Source: Deltaproteobacteria bacterium | GTDB lineage: Bacteria > Desulfobacterota > DSM-4660 > Desulfatiglandales > HGW-15 | Direction of reading: 5' to 3' | Assembly: GCA_016930795.1 (NCBI GenBank) | Contig: JAFGFY010000057.1 | Location: forward strand, 1-55,942 | Length of the DNA stretch: 55,942 bases | Part shown: in pieces, positions 47,016 to 55,807 of the stretch | Position numbering within the stretch: the first letter of the stretch is position 1 | Layout: each line of letters opens with the position of its first letter | Position numbers and translations under genes: made by a program | The notes under the pieces: generated by a model | Told to the model about the DNA's origin: nothing | What the model saw: the letters and a program-made list of their open reading frames with translations, nothing else | Databases searched by the model: none

Positions 47016-47033
47016 AGGCAGGAATCGTGCCAT
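47016..47033 (-). promoter_or_regulatory. sigma54 (-24/-12) promoter of pspA copy 2
   Basis: The minus strand reads TGGCAC-GATTC-CTGCC, nearly identical to the copy-1 promoter. Confidence 0.65.
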
Positions 47034-47223
47034 CGACACAACGACAAAAACAATGCTTTAAAAAACAGCATGTTACAGATCTACACGCAAAAGGCCGCGT
47101 ATGGTATATGAGACCCCTTTTTGGCGAAATATACCAATCACTAGCGCTTTATGCCATTATTTAATCTAATCATATATGCCCATTTTGATGGTCGACTATG
47201 AATCCACCAAACCGTTTTTTTTT

Positions 47224-47238
47224 GAGTGTTCGACACTC
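47224..47238. promoter_or_regulatory. palindrome GAGTGT-TCG-ACACTC between two divergent sigma54 promoters (possible activator site)
   Basis: 6-3-6 perfect inverted repeat preceded by a T9 run. It lies about 190 bp from the pspA2 promoter and about 145 bp from the plus-strand promoter. Confidence 0.3.
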
Positions 47239-47381
47239 GCCCGCCCCTTCTTTGGCGTATGGTCAATTCCGCCACTAATTAGCGGTTTTTCATCAGATAT
47301 CGTCTCTCTTTGCCATCTCTTTTTTTCACATTCGTTCCCCGATTACTGTTAACATATTGATAATTCGGAGAAAATACTTTT

Positions 47382-47397
47382 TGGCACACTTAATGCT
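47382..47397 (+). promoter_or_regulatory. candidate sigma54 promoter, plus strand
   Basis: TGGCAC-ACTTA-ATGCT with correct GG/GC spacing, about 180 nt upstream of the small ORF at 47576. Confidence 0.5.
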
Positions 47398-47575
47398 GAT
47401 TCATGAGGTCAAATATTCACTGGAGAGAATCGACTAACCTGTAACCTCTTATATAAAGTAGAAGTAAATAAGACTGAATACTTCAACATCCAAACAGGAG
47501 AACAGAGTCAATTGTTCAACCTGACCACAAACAAAAATGATGGAATGACGCAACAATAATCAAATGGAGGAAAAA

Positions 47576-47770
47576 ATGAAAAACGTTCATAAATCAACAA
47601 ACACGGCAACCACAAAAAAACTCGCTTTCAGGGATTGCTTTTTCACACTTTTCTCTCTGGGAACGATTGCCTCCGGCGCTTGGGCGTGCCCTACATCCAT
47701 GGGAATTGGGATGAGCCTGGTTCTGGTCGGGACGATCCTGTTCGCGGAGTCAGGTTTCCAAGTAAGATAA
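47576..47770 (+). CDS. small hydrophobic protein (64 aa), hypothetical
   Basis: ATG 47576 lies 6 nt after GGAGG. Two hydrophobic segments (CFFTLFSLGTIASGAWA; GIGMSLVLVGTILFA). Confidence 0.45.
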   Translation: MKNVHKSTNTATTKKLAFRDCFFTLFSLGTIASGAWACPTSMGIGMSLVLVGTILFAESGFQVR

Positions 47771-48189
47771 ATTGAAACCCCGGGTGGCCATAATGGGCCG
47801 GATCTACGCCTGAAGTGCACAAGGCCGTTAATTTCCGATCCATCCTCCGCAGCCCGCCATCCGCAGTAATCTCTGCGGACGGGCTACGGACGAACAAACC
47901 TGAGGGAAAACAATGGAGAGCCTCTCGAAGAAAACAAGGCCTCCGGGCAATGTTCAAATAATCTTCCACTTGAAAAAGCCAAGAATGGTGATGCGAGGTC
48001 TATGACATCATGATCAAGGTGAAAAAGATGGCCGACATCCTGATTCCGCTTCACGAACCCAAATTCGCGGCCATGGAGACAGTTGAGTGATGAATGTGGA
48101 AGTCTAAAGACTGAAGACTGAAGGCCGAAAGCAAAAAACATATGGATTCTGTTCCTTGCGCCTTACACCATATACCCTAGACCTTGCCC

Positions 48190-49257
48190 TTAAATATTAT
48201 ACCTTATATTCAGAATATCCCCATCCTGAACCACGTAGTTCTTTCCCTCCAAACGCAACCGCCCCTTTTCTTTGACACCCTTTTCAGACCCGCATTCCAT
48301 GAGGTCATCATATGAAAAACATTCGGCCCGTATAAATCCTCGGGCCAAATCTGTGTGGACGGTTCCGGCCGCGTCCAAAGCAGTCTCTCCCCTTTTTAGG
48401 GTCCAGGCACGCACCTCATCAGAGCCCACCGTGAAAAAACTGATGTAGTCCAATGTTCCATAAGCCATGCGAGTCAAACGATCGCGCGCAGATTCTGTCA
48501 CCCCCATGTCTTCCATGAAGAGTGCCATTTCCTCTTCATCCAGTCGGGACAACTCCATCTCAAACTTACCTGCAAACTCGATGATGCTATATTCTTTCCC
48601 TATCTTGTCCAATAGGGTTTGGTTGTCTCCGAAATTCACTTCGTTGGAGTTCAAAACCACCATCATCGGCTTTTCGGTAAGCAGTTGAAATCCGCGAATG
48701 ATCTTCTGTTCATCTTTAGTTATGGGGAGCTTTCGAACAGGCTTCTCATTGTTCAGTTGTTCCAAGATTCTTCGCACGATCTTTTCTTCCCTCTGTAATT
48801 GTGGTGTCTTCTTGCCGCGTTGATAGCTCTTCTCAATGCGCTCCAAGCGTCCCTCGCAAAGGGCGAGATCCGAAAACAATAACTCCTCCTCCACCCTGCT
48901 CATATCGGCCAGTGGATTCGGCGGCCCCATCAAATCGTCCCTGTAGTTACGAACCACCAAGGCCAATGCATCCGTATTCTTCAACAGGGTGATAGACTGA
49001 TCAGACAGGGCTGAATTCTTTGCCGGATCGTAACTCACCCCCACCAAGTCTATCATCTCGATGGTCGCATGGATGGTCTTCTTTGGCTCATACATCTGCG
49101 AAAGGCGCATCACTCTTTCATCCGCGACAGGCACAATAGCCAGGTTCGGTTCGGCCTTTTCTGCTGCGTAGGCCTGAATATTCACTTCCGCACTGGTCAG
49201 AGCGTTAAAGACCGTTGTTTTTCCGGAACCGGGCAATCCCATCAATCCTATCTTCAT
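48190..49257 (-). CDS. ychF: YchF/OLA1-family ATPase/GTPase
   Basis: MKIGLMGLPGSGKTTVFNALT P-loop; C-terminal TGS-like end GFIRAECFSYDDL...VVQDGDILNIRYN. Confidence 0.88.
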   Translation of the reverse strand: MKIGLMGLPGSGKTTVFNALTSAEVNIQAYAAEKAEPNLAIVPVADERVMRLSQMYEPKKTIHATIEMIDLVGVSYDPAKNSALSDQSITLLKNTDALALVVRNYRDDLMGPPNPLADMSRVEEELLFSDLALCEGRLERIEKSYQRGKKTPQLQREEKIVRRILEQLNNEKPVRKLPITKDEQKIIRGFQLLTEKPMMVVLNSNEVNFGDNQTLLDKIGKEYSIIEFAGKFEMELSRLDEEEMALFMEDMGVTESARDRLTRMAYGTLDYISFFTVGSDEVRAWTLKRGETALDAAGTVHTDLARGFIRAECFSYDDLMECGSEKGVKEKGRLRLEGKNYVVQDGDILNIRYNI

Positions 49258-49349
49258 GTGTTTCCTCCTTCGCTCTTGTCTGAAAACGCCATTGATAAGA
49301 TGGAACAGACGCTAAGGGCCCCAAAAATGGTTTGCCGGTTTTTCCCGAG

Positions 49350-50459
49350 TCACGGAGAAAAAAGAAGCGGAAGGCTGTCCGCCACAAGAAATCCCTCTCG
49401 TGTGGGCATGATTCTCCCATCCTCGACCCTCACCAGCCCCGTTCCTTCCAAGACTCTTAGTACCCTTTCGCTTTGTGATCGATCACCAAGCCGATCCAGT
49501 TCAACTCCCTCCATGGTTCTCAGCCCGAGCATGAGAGACTCCAGATCCTGCTGTTCCCTAGTAAGAATCTCTTCATCGGCCACAGGCCTCCTCCCGCCAG
49601 CAAGGACCTCACAATAACCCTCCACAGATTTCAGATTCCACCATCGCCTATTCCCCTGGAAGGAATGGGCTGAGGGACCGAGCCCCAGGTAGGGGAAATG
49701 CTGCCAGTACTTCATGTTATGGAGACAGATGAATTCTCTCCCTTTGGCAAAGTTTGAAATCTCATACTGTAAATACCCTTCCTGTTCAAGGAAGCTGGAG
49801 GTGAGAATGAACAATGCCCTCTGCGCTTCCTCATCCGGGAGTTGCATATCCCCTTTGTCCCGCATCTTCCCAAATGGGGTTTCTTCTTGGATGGTTAGTT
49901 GGTAGCAGGAGAGATGTTCAGGTGAAAAATCAACGGCCTTCTTCAGGATTTTGAGCCATTGGGCTTGTGTCTGTCCCGGAAGGCCATACATAAGGTCTAA
50001 TCCCAGATTGTTGAAACCAAGGTGTCTGATGCATCGGATCGCCTCCATGGCGCTATGGGACGTGTGGCGTCTTCCCAAGCCATGGAGTTCTTGGTCGTCA
50101 AAGGACTGGACTCCAAGACTAATGCGATTCACTCCCAAGCCGCGCAGATGACCCATAAGACCTTCGGTCACATCATCGGGATTAGCCTCTACGGTTACCT
50201 CGGCTGAAGGCGAGAAAGCAAAATGGGTAAAAATACCCTCCATCAATCCTGACCATTGGCTTTGTGTTAAGACCGTTGGGGTGCCGCCTCCCAGGTAGAG
50301 GGAATCAAAGATGGGGAAAAGCAATCTGTAGATAAAAATCTCCTTTTGAACGGCCTCCAACCACTTAGGGACAAGTGAAAGAGAGGGGAGCGAGTAAAAA
50401 TCGCAGTAGGGGCACTTTGTCCGACAGAAAGGGATATGGATATAGAGACCTGCACTCAC
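49350..50459 (-). CDS. hemW: radical SAM heme chaperone HemW (HemN-like, oxygen-independent coproporphyrinogen oxidase family)
   Basis: LYIHIPFCRTKCPYCDF CxxxCxxC motif. It lies 4 nt downstream of lepA, the usual lepA-hemW arrangement. Confidence 0.9.
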   Translation of the reverse strand: MSAGLYIHIPFCRTKCPYCDFYSLPSLSLVPKWLEAVQKEIFIYRLLFPIFDSLYLGGGTPTVLTQSQWSGLMEGIFTHFAFSPSAEVTVEANPDDVTEGLMGHLRGLGVNRISLGVQSFDDQELHGLGRRHTSHSAMEAIRCIRHLGFNNLGLDLMYGLPGQTQAQWLKILKKAVDFSPEHLSCYQLTIQEETPFGKMRDKGDMQLPDEEAQRALFILTSSFLEQEGYLQYEISNFAKGREFICLHNMKYWQHFPYLGLGPSAHSFQGNRRWWNLKSVEGYCEVLAGGRRPVADEEILTREQQDLESLMLGLRTMEGVELDRLGDRSQSERVLRVLEGTGLVRVEDGRIMPTREGFLVADSLPLLFSP

Positions 50460-50463
50460 GGGC

Positions 50464-52260
50464 TTAATCCTTGTTAGACTTCAAGACAGCCACAAAGGCG
50501 TTCTGGGGGATCATCACAGAGCCGACCATCTTCATTCTCTTTTTCCCCTTCTTCTGTTTTTCGAGAAGTTTTCTCTTACGCGTCACATCACCCCCATAAC
50601 ACTTGGCGGTGACATCCTTTCGAAAGGGGGAAATGGTTGAACGGGAGATGATCTTTCCCCCTATAGCCCCTTGAACGGCGATCTTGAACTGATGCCTGGG
50701 GATCTCATCCTTAAGCCGGTCACACATTCGTACACCCCATTCCCTTGCGCGATCAGCGTGAACAATGATCGAGAGCGCGTCCACAGGTTCACCATTGACC
50801 AGGATGTCCAGCTTCACGAGGTTGCTCTCACGATAGCCGATCATCTCATAATCAAATGAGCCATACCCATGGGTGACGGTCTTCAGCTCATCATAAAAAT
50901 CAACAATCACTTCGGCCAGAGGCATATCAAAAAATATCTCGATCCGACCCGGTGTAGGGTAATTGAATCGGGAATTGACCCCGCGGCGGTCTATACATAG
51001 CTTCATCACCGCCCCCATGTAGCGTTCAGGAATCAGTATATTCGCCTTGATAAAGGGTTCTGCCGTACTCTTGATAGAGCCGGGATCCGGGTAGTACTGT
51101 GGGTTATCCACTGTGACCGTTGTGCCGTCCTGTAGAGTGAACTGATATTGAACACTGGGTACTGTCATGATAAAGGATTGATCGTATTCCGTCTCCAGCC
51201 TCTTTTGCACGATCTCCAGATGAAGGAGACCCAGAAATCCACAGCGGAATCCCTGTCCAAGAGCCGTAGAGGAATCCTTCTGATAGACTAGGGCCGCATC
51301 ATTGAGCTTGTATTTCTCGAGAGCCTCCACGATGGAGGGATAATCGTCAGAGGAAATAGGGTAGAGAGATGAAAAAACCACTGGTTTGACCTCTTTGAAT
51401 CCGGGCAAAGGGACTAAGGCGGGGTGGACGTCCAGCGTGATGGTGTCCCCGATGCTCGTGTCACTCACCGTCTTGATACCAGAGATGATATAGCCTACCT
51501 CGCCTGCACAGAGTTCATCCTTTGGTTCTCTTCGAAGTCGAAAAACCCCAACTTCTTCTACCTTATAGGTGGCATCATTGGACATGAACCGAATGATGTC
51601 TCCGGTTCGGACCCTTCCGTCAAACAGACGGCAACTGATAATGACACCCCGAAAAGAATCATAGTAGGCGTCAAAGAGCAAAGCCGTAAGAGGGTTTTCC
51701 TCTTTCCCATTAGGCCTGGGGATACGTTCCACGATCCCCTCAAGGACCTCTTCAATACCAATTCCTTCCTTGGCTGAACAGAGAATGCACGACTCCGAAT
51801 CCAACCCCAGTTCGGTTTCGATCTGTTCCTTTGTTCGCTCCACATCCGCGGACGGCAGATCGATCTTGTTGATCACCGGGATGATGATGAGATCATGCTC
51901 CATGGCCATATAGACATTGGACACGGTTTGTGCCTCTACCCCTTGGGCCGCGTCGACCAAAAGCAGTGCGCCTTCACAAGAGGAGAGAGACCTGGATACC
52001 TCGTAGGAGAAGTCCACATGTCCCGGGGTGTCTATCAGGTTGAGGACAAATTCTTCTCCCGCTTTGCTGGTATAAGGGAGGGCAACGCTATTGCTCTTGA
52101 TGGTGATCCCCCTTTCTCGTTCAATATCCATGGTGTCCAAGATCTGGTCGCGGAACTGGCGATCACTCACCAATCCCGCATACTGGATCAAACGATCGGC
52201 GAGGGTTGATTTCCCATGATCGATATGGGCGATGATGCTGAAGTTGCGTATGTTGGACAT
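50464..52260 (-). CDS. lepA: translation elongation factor 4 (LepA)
   Basis: IRNFSIIAHIDHGKSTLADRL, DTPGHVDF, NKIDL; conserved LepA C-terminal domain. Confidence 0.97.
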   Translation of the reverse strand: MSNIRNFSIIAHIDHGKSTLADRLIQYAGLVSDRQFRDQILDTMDIERERGITIKSNSVALPYTSKAGEEFVLNLIDTPGHVDFSYEVSRSLSSCEGALLLVDAAQGVEAQTVSNVYMAMEHDLIIIPVINKIDLPSADVERTKEQIETELGLDSESCILCSAKEGIGIEEVLEGIVERIPRPNGKEENPLTALLFDAYYDSFRGVIISCRLFDGRVRTGDIIRFMSNDATYKVEEVGVFRLRREPKDELCAGEVGYIISGIKTVSDTSIGDTITLDVHPALVPLPGFKEVKPVVFSSLYPISSDDYPSIVEALEKYKLNDAALVYQKDSSTALGQGFRCGFLGLLHLEIVQKRLETEYDQSFIMTVPSVQYQFTLQDGTTVTVDNPQYYPDPGSIKSTAEPFIKANILIPERYMGAVMKLCIDRRGVNSRFNYPTPGRIEIFFDMPLAEVIVDFYDELKTVTHGYGSFDYEMIGYRESNLVKLDILVNGEPVDALSIIVHADRAREWGVRMCDRLKDEIPRHQFKIAVQGAIGGKIISRSTISPFRKDVTAKCYGGDVTRKRKLLEKQKKGKKRMKMVGSVMIPQNAFVAVLKSNKD

Positions 52261-52358
52261 GTTGTTTTTTGCTCTTTTTTAAGGTAGTTGCGTTGATCCT
52301 TGGTCATTTTTCATTCATCCATGTTCAATGACAAATAATCAATCCTCAATGATCAGTG

Positions 52359-53012
52359 CTACAGCCCCATGTCTTCGTTAATCAGTACGATCTTCACTCT
52401 TCCCTTTGGAAAGCACTTTTCCGTGATAGTCCAAGTGTTGCAGATTCGACTGGGACTGCTGCACTCTTCACAAAAGGAAGTCCCCACACAAGGGGTCTTC
52501 ATTCCCAATTTCATGGCATTGGTAGGCGCTACATAATTCTTGATACGGTCCATCGCCTGATCCAAATCACCCACGATCTTATTGCGGCCCATGAGAATCA
52601 CGACATGCCTGGGTCCAAAGGTAATGCCTCCGATTCGATTGCCGATCATGTCCAGATTGACAAGCTGCCCATCTTCTGTGACAGCATTTGTCCCCGTAAC
52701 AAAAAGGTCGCAGAGGAGTGCTTTTCTACGCAATTCCATACTCTCCTCACGGGGAAGATTTTTGTCAAAGGTATCCAGCACCTCCAGCTTCGGATTATCC
52801 TTGAGGACCTGGTAAAGGCCTGTGTCCATGAAGGTCATGGATCCGCCCCATGAAACAGTTTTGGCGCCGGTCTTGGGAAGAATCTCTTCCAATACAATCC
52901 TCTGAGCCTCTGCTCGGTTGCCGGTTATATAGACCTCAAAATTATTGACTTCCAGACTCTCTTTAAGATCCTGCAAGCGCTTCATCCAGTAATGCTCTAT
53001 GGGTTTCTCCAT
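52359..53012 (-). CDS. LUD-domain (DUF162, LutB/LutC-like) protein
   Basis: 217 aa. The pattern LFVTGTNAVTEDGQLVNLD..GNR matches the lactate-utilisation LUD domain. Confidence 0.75.
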   Translation of the reverse strand: MEKPIEHYWMKRLQDLKESLEVNNFEVYITGNRAEAQRIVLEEILPKTGAKTVSWGGSMTFMDTGLYQVLKDNPKLEVLDTFDKNLPREESMELRRKALLCDLFVTGTNAVTEDGQLVNLDMIGNRIGGITFGPRHVVILMGRNKIVGDLDQAMDRIKNYVAPTNAMKLGMKTPCVGTSFCEECSSPSRICNTWTITEKCFPKGRVKIVLINEDMGL

Positions 53013-53456
53013 TTCATTCTCCTCCTCTATAAGGCAAGTATTTTGTATTGAACGGCCTTCTTTGAAGACTCACGTTCACACAGATTAGTCATACTCCCAT
53101 TTTTTTGCAAGATGTCATACCCTTTCTACCAGCTCTTCCTCTGAAATACCATGGATGGTAGACAAACTGGTAGAAAGAAGCTATTTATATGTGGGTTCAA
53201 CGGGCTGTTATGATTGACGATAATCCTTGTGTCAAAATTTGCCCCCCACTGTCTTAAGACCAGTTTTTCCGGTTGCTGCGCCATGATGAATCATGACTGG
53301 TTCGAAGGAGCGAGATAGGATACTCAATCAAGACCCTTACCCAAAACATCTTTTGGTGTTTTTGTTTTTGACATACAAGGCAAGATTTTCTAGACTTTCT
53401 TCGGGAAGGATAAAGTATCGTGTCTTCTTCTGAATACCCGCAAATGAGAGGATGAA

Positions 53457-53840
53457 ATGAGAGTCCGTTGCCCCGAATGTAGAACCGTATATGTGGTTGA
53501 TGGTTCTGAAGCTGATTACAGAACCAGAAAAAGGGCTAAGTGCTCAGGATGTCAGGCTATTTTTTATGTCCAAATGCGACATGGGCGCTCCAAAGAAGAT
53601 GAAAAGACCAGTGAGACAACCCTACTTCAAAGCTATTTTGAGAGACGAAATGGCAGTGATCGAAGACAAAACAGGGACCGAAGGAGAAAGATCGACATAG
53701 AGGAGCTTCCTTTTCAACTCCCTGCCAAAGATGTCATATTGATTTGTTCTGAGGAGGGTGTTCCCATGGGTTATATGAGCCACGGGCAGCGGAGTGGCGC
53801 AGAACGGAGGATTGGCAAAGAACGTCGAATGAGTTCGTGA
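53457..53840 (+). CDS. MJ0042-type zinc-ribbon protein with Arg-rich (DRR/ERR) C-terminal region
   Basis: MRVRCPECRTVYVV...KCSGCQAIFYV ribbon; GAGAGGATGAA RBS region. Confidence 0.6.
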   Translation: MRVRCPECRTVYVVDGSEADYRTRKRAKCSGCQAIFYVQMRHGRSKEDEKTSETTLLQSYFERRNGSDRRQNRDRRRKIDIEELPFQLPAKDVILICSEEGVPMGYMSHGQRSGAERRIGKERRMSS

Positions 53841-54103
53841 AAAGACTCAGATTCATCTTATATTGTCTTAAAGCCTTGCATATATATTGAGCCCCAATCC
53901 CATACGGCCCCATTGCGGACGGCGAAATCAGCCGGAGCCTCTCCATGAGCGATCTTGCAGAAAATACAGTCCCCTTCCATTATTCACTCCTTTTTTCGCC
54001 TTAGTTCCAGATTGACAAAAACCCCTCCTCTTTCGGAAGCCTCTTTTCTCGAAAACCTTTGCTCTAATATAGGTCTGAAAGAGATTGCCGGAGAGTGGGG
54101 CAC

Positions 54104-54140
54104 GAAAAAAAGAAACCAACCCCTGTAGAGATTGGTTTCT
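54104..54140 (-). terminator. rho-independent terminator on the minus strand
   Basis: On the minus strand, AGAAACCAA-12 nt-TTGGTTTCT followed by TTTTTTC. Confidence 0.6.
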
Positions 54141-54461
54141 TTAGAAAGGAGGAAAAAGCAATTCTTCCACTTGCATAAGGCATCTATATTTACTGCATGA
54201 TTCTTGCCAAAACAAACATGCCCGAATAAGAAATTATAACTGTTGGGTATTGTTGTCTATTCCTTGATATCGCGATTCCTGGTCGGTTGTAAACTTTATC
54301 TGTAAAGTACAAATCTTTTGACCGGAAAAATATGGCTTATCCACAAATTCTTATAACCATTCTAATTTGTTAATCAATTTCATGTTCAATTTTTTGAACC
54401 ACTTTTGGGTACTTGGTGTACCATTAATGCTGCCTTGTCCTAATAGCGCAACATAAAGAGA

Positions 54462-55229
54462 CTAATGCTCTACATAGGGTTGTCCATTCAAAGCCTCTTC
54501 CATATAAACGAGAGAGTCGATGACCTTTCCTTTTGGAGTATCTGAGCCATAGATTTCTTTTAAGGCATTATAGGCCTCATACCCATCTAGCGTTGTATTG
54601 TAAAAGAAATCCTGGGCCAGTTCGCTAAAGGAATCCAGGTCTTCCTGAATTCCGCACGCCTCGATGTAACGTTCTATCAACTCCCCAAGCATAGGATGAA
54701 ACTCATGAATCAGGGAAAGATCATTTAAAAAACCATCGTCGGTCGGATCTATTGCAAGACCATGGTAGATGAGGGCCTTCAAATGATCATTCCCTTGTCT
54801 GAAGTATCGACGGAGCAAAGCATAGTTGGGTTTATCGCTCCATTTCTCTCTCAGAAAGACTTGCATCACCTTATCCGAAAACTCAACCTCTCCATCAAAG
54901 TAGGCGACAAGAAGCTCTTGATCTTTGTTCTCAGGAACGGCATTACTTTCCTCTTCCACTTCATTTGGGTAATCCTCATCAAGCCACTCAAATCCTAACA
55001 TGGCCAGTTCCGTCCGGTCATAATCCGGTCTCGTTCTGAAGATCTCGTTCATCCTCTCGGTTACCATTTCATTCTTGATTTTGATGATTTCATCGACGAT
55101 ATTCTTCTCTTTCTTTTTCATTTTCCTCTCGCTCGGGCCGAAGGGTGGTTTGTATGGGTAGTTATATTTGGAAATTCTTGATCGCTTCTTTTTCAGCGGC
55201 CGATGCTTACGCCTCGCTGCTTCCATCAA
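54462..55229 (-). CDS. hypothetical protein: very basic N-terminus, acidic helical body
   Basis: 255-aa ORF. The track start is TTG 55229 (ATG 55226), with no SD. An alternative is ATG 55121 after GAGAGGA. No recognisable domain. Confidence 0.55.
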   Translation of the reverse strand: MMEAARRKHRPLKKKRSRISKYNYPYKPPFGPSERKMKKKEKNIVDEIIKIKNEMVTERMNEIFRTRPDYDRTELAMLGFEWLDEDYPNEVEEESNAVPENKDQELLVAYFDGEVEFSDKVMQVFLREKWSDKPNYALLRRYFRQGNDHLKALIYHGLAIDPTDDGFLNDLSLIHEFHPMLGELIERYIEACGIQEDLDSFSELAQDFFYNTTLDGYEAYNALKEIYGSDTPKGKVIDSLVYMEEALNGQPYVEH

Positions 55230-55384
55230 AAGGCTTTTATTAGACTTAAGAGAGTATAGGAGACCAATGGGTTGTGTGTCAAGGGAAAAGGATAACTACA
55301 TATAGTGTTCTACACCCTCATCCTTGTTGGCGAAAACCGTGTCGCTGAGGGTCGGGTTTTGAGGGGTTTTGATCAATCCAGAGA

Positions 55385-55413
55385 TTGACACAATTCATTG
55401 TTTTTGCTAAAAT
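55385..55413 (+). promoter_or_regulatory. near-consensus sigma70 promoter
   Basis: TTGACA-17 nt-TAAAAT. Confidence 0.65.
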
Positions 55414-55647
55414 AAGTCAATTCCAAAAAATGGTTACTATCTGATGAGTCATCCTGACAATGTAACCATTGGAAAACAGAATGGCTCGGTTCAATCCAAA
55501 GGACTGAACAGCGGCCTGAATGAAAAAGTTTTCGATTCGACCTAAGGGACGGGGAGAAAGCTCAGGCTTATCGCCAAATAGAAGAGTTCATGACTTTAAA
55601 GGGTGCTGAGTGCCCGTTACCCCACATTTGATGTGGGGAGGATATGG

Positions 55648-55686
55648 AGACCCCGTTTCTCGTTTTAAGAGATGGGGTCTTTTTTT
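55648..55686 (+). terminator. rho-independent terminator ending a ~265-nt non-coding transcript or leader
   Basis: 13-bp stem AGACCCCGTTTCT / AGAGATGGGGTCT with a 7-nt loop, followed by a T7 run. Confidence 0.7.
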
Positions 55687-55807
55687 ACCCGGTTTGTCTT
55701 TATCATAGACGTGAAACGAATCCGGATTTCCTGCAGAGATACAATGCAGGGTCCTTCAAGCAGGCTTTTTCACTTTCGCTACATTCAAAGGAGGTACTCA
55801 TAATAGG

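Noticed and set aside
47884-48141. Track ORFs in the 47.8-48.2 kb gap (47691..47969 and 47884..48141, minus strand).
   Set aside because: There are no RBSs or motifs, they overlap the GC-rich hairpin region, and they sit in a convergent intergenic gap. They are judged non-coding.
55441-55470. CUGAUGA core (hammerhead ribozyme / box C-D k-turn-like UGAUGA...CUGA) in the 55.4-kb leader; also a T-box-like AAAGGGUGCUGAG at ~55597-55610.
   Set aside because: There is no GAAA element, no third helix and no cleavage-site context for a hammerhead. There is no specifier loop, no AG bulge and no UGGN antiterminator bulge for a T-box, and the downstream gene is not an amino-acid gene. The matches are short enough to be chance.
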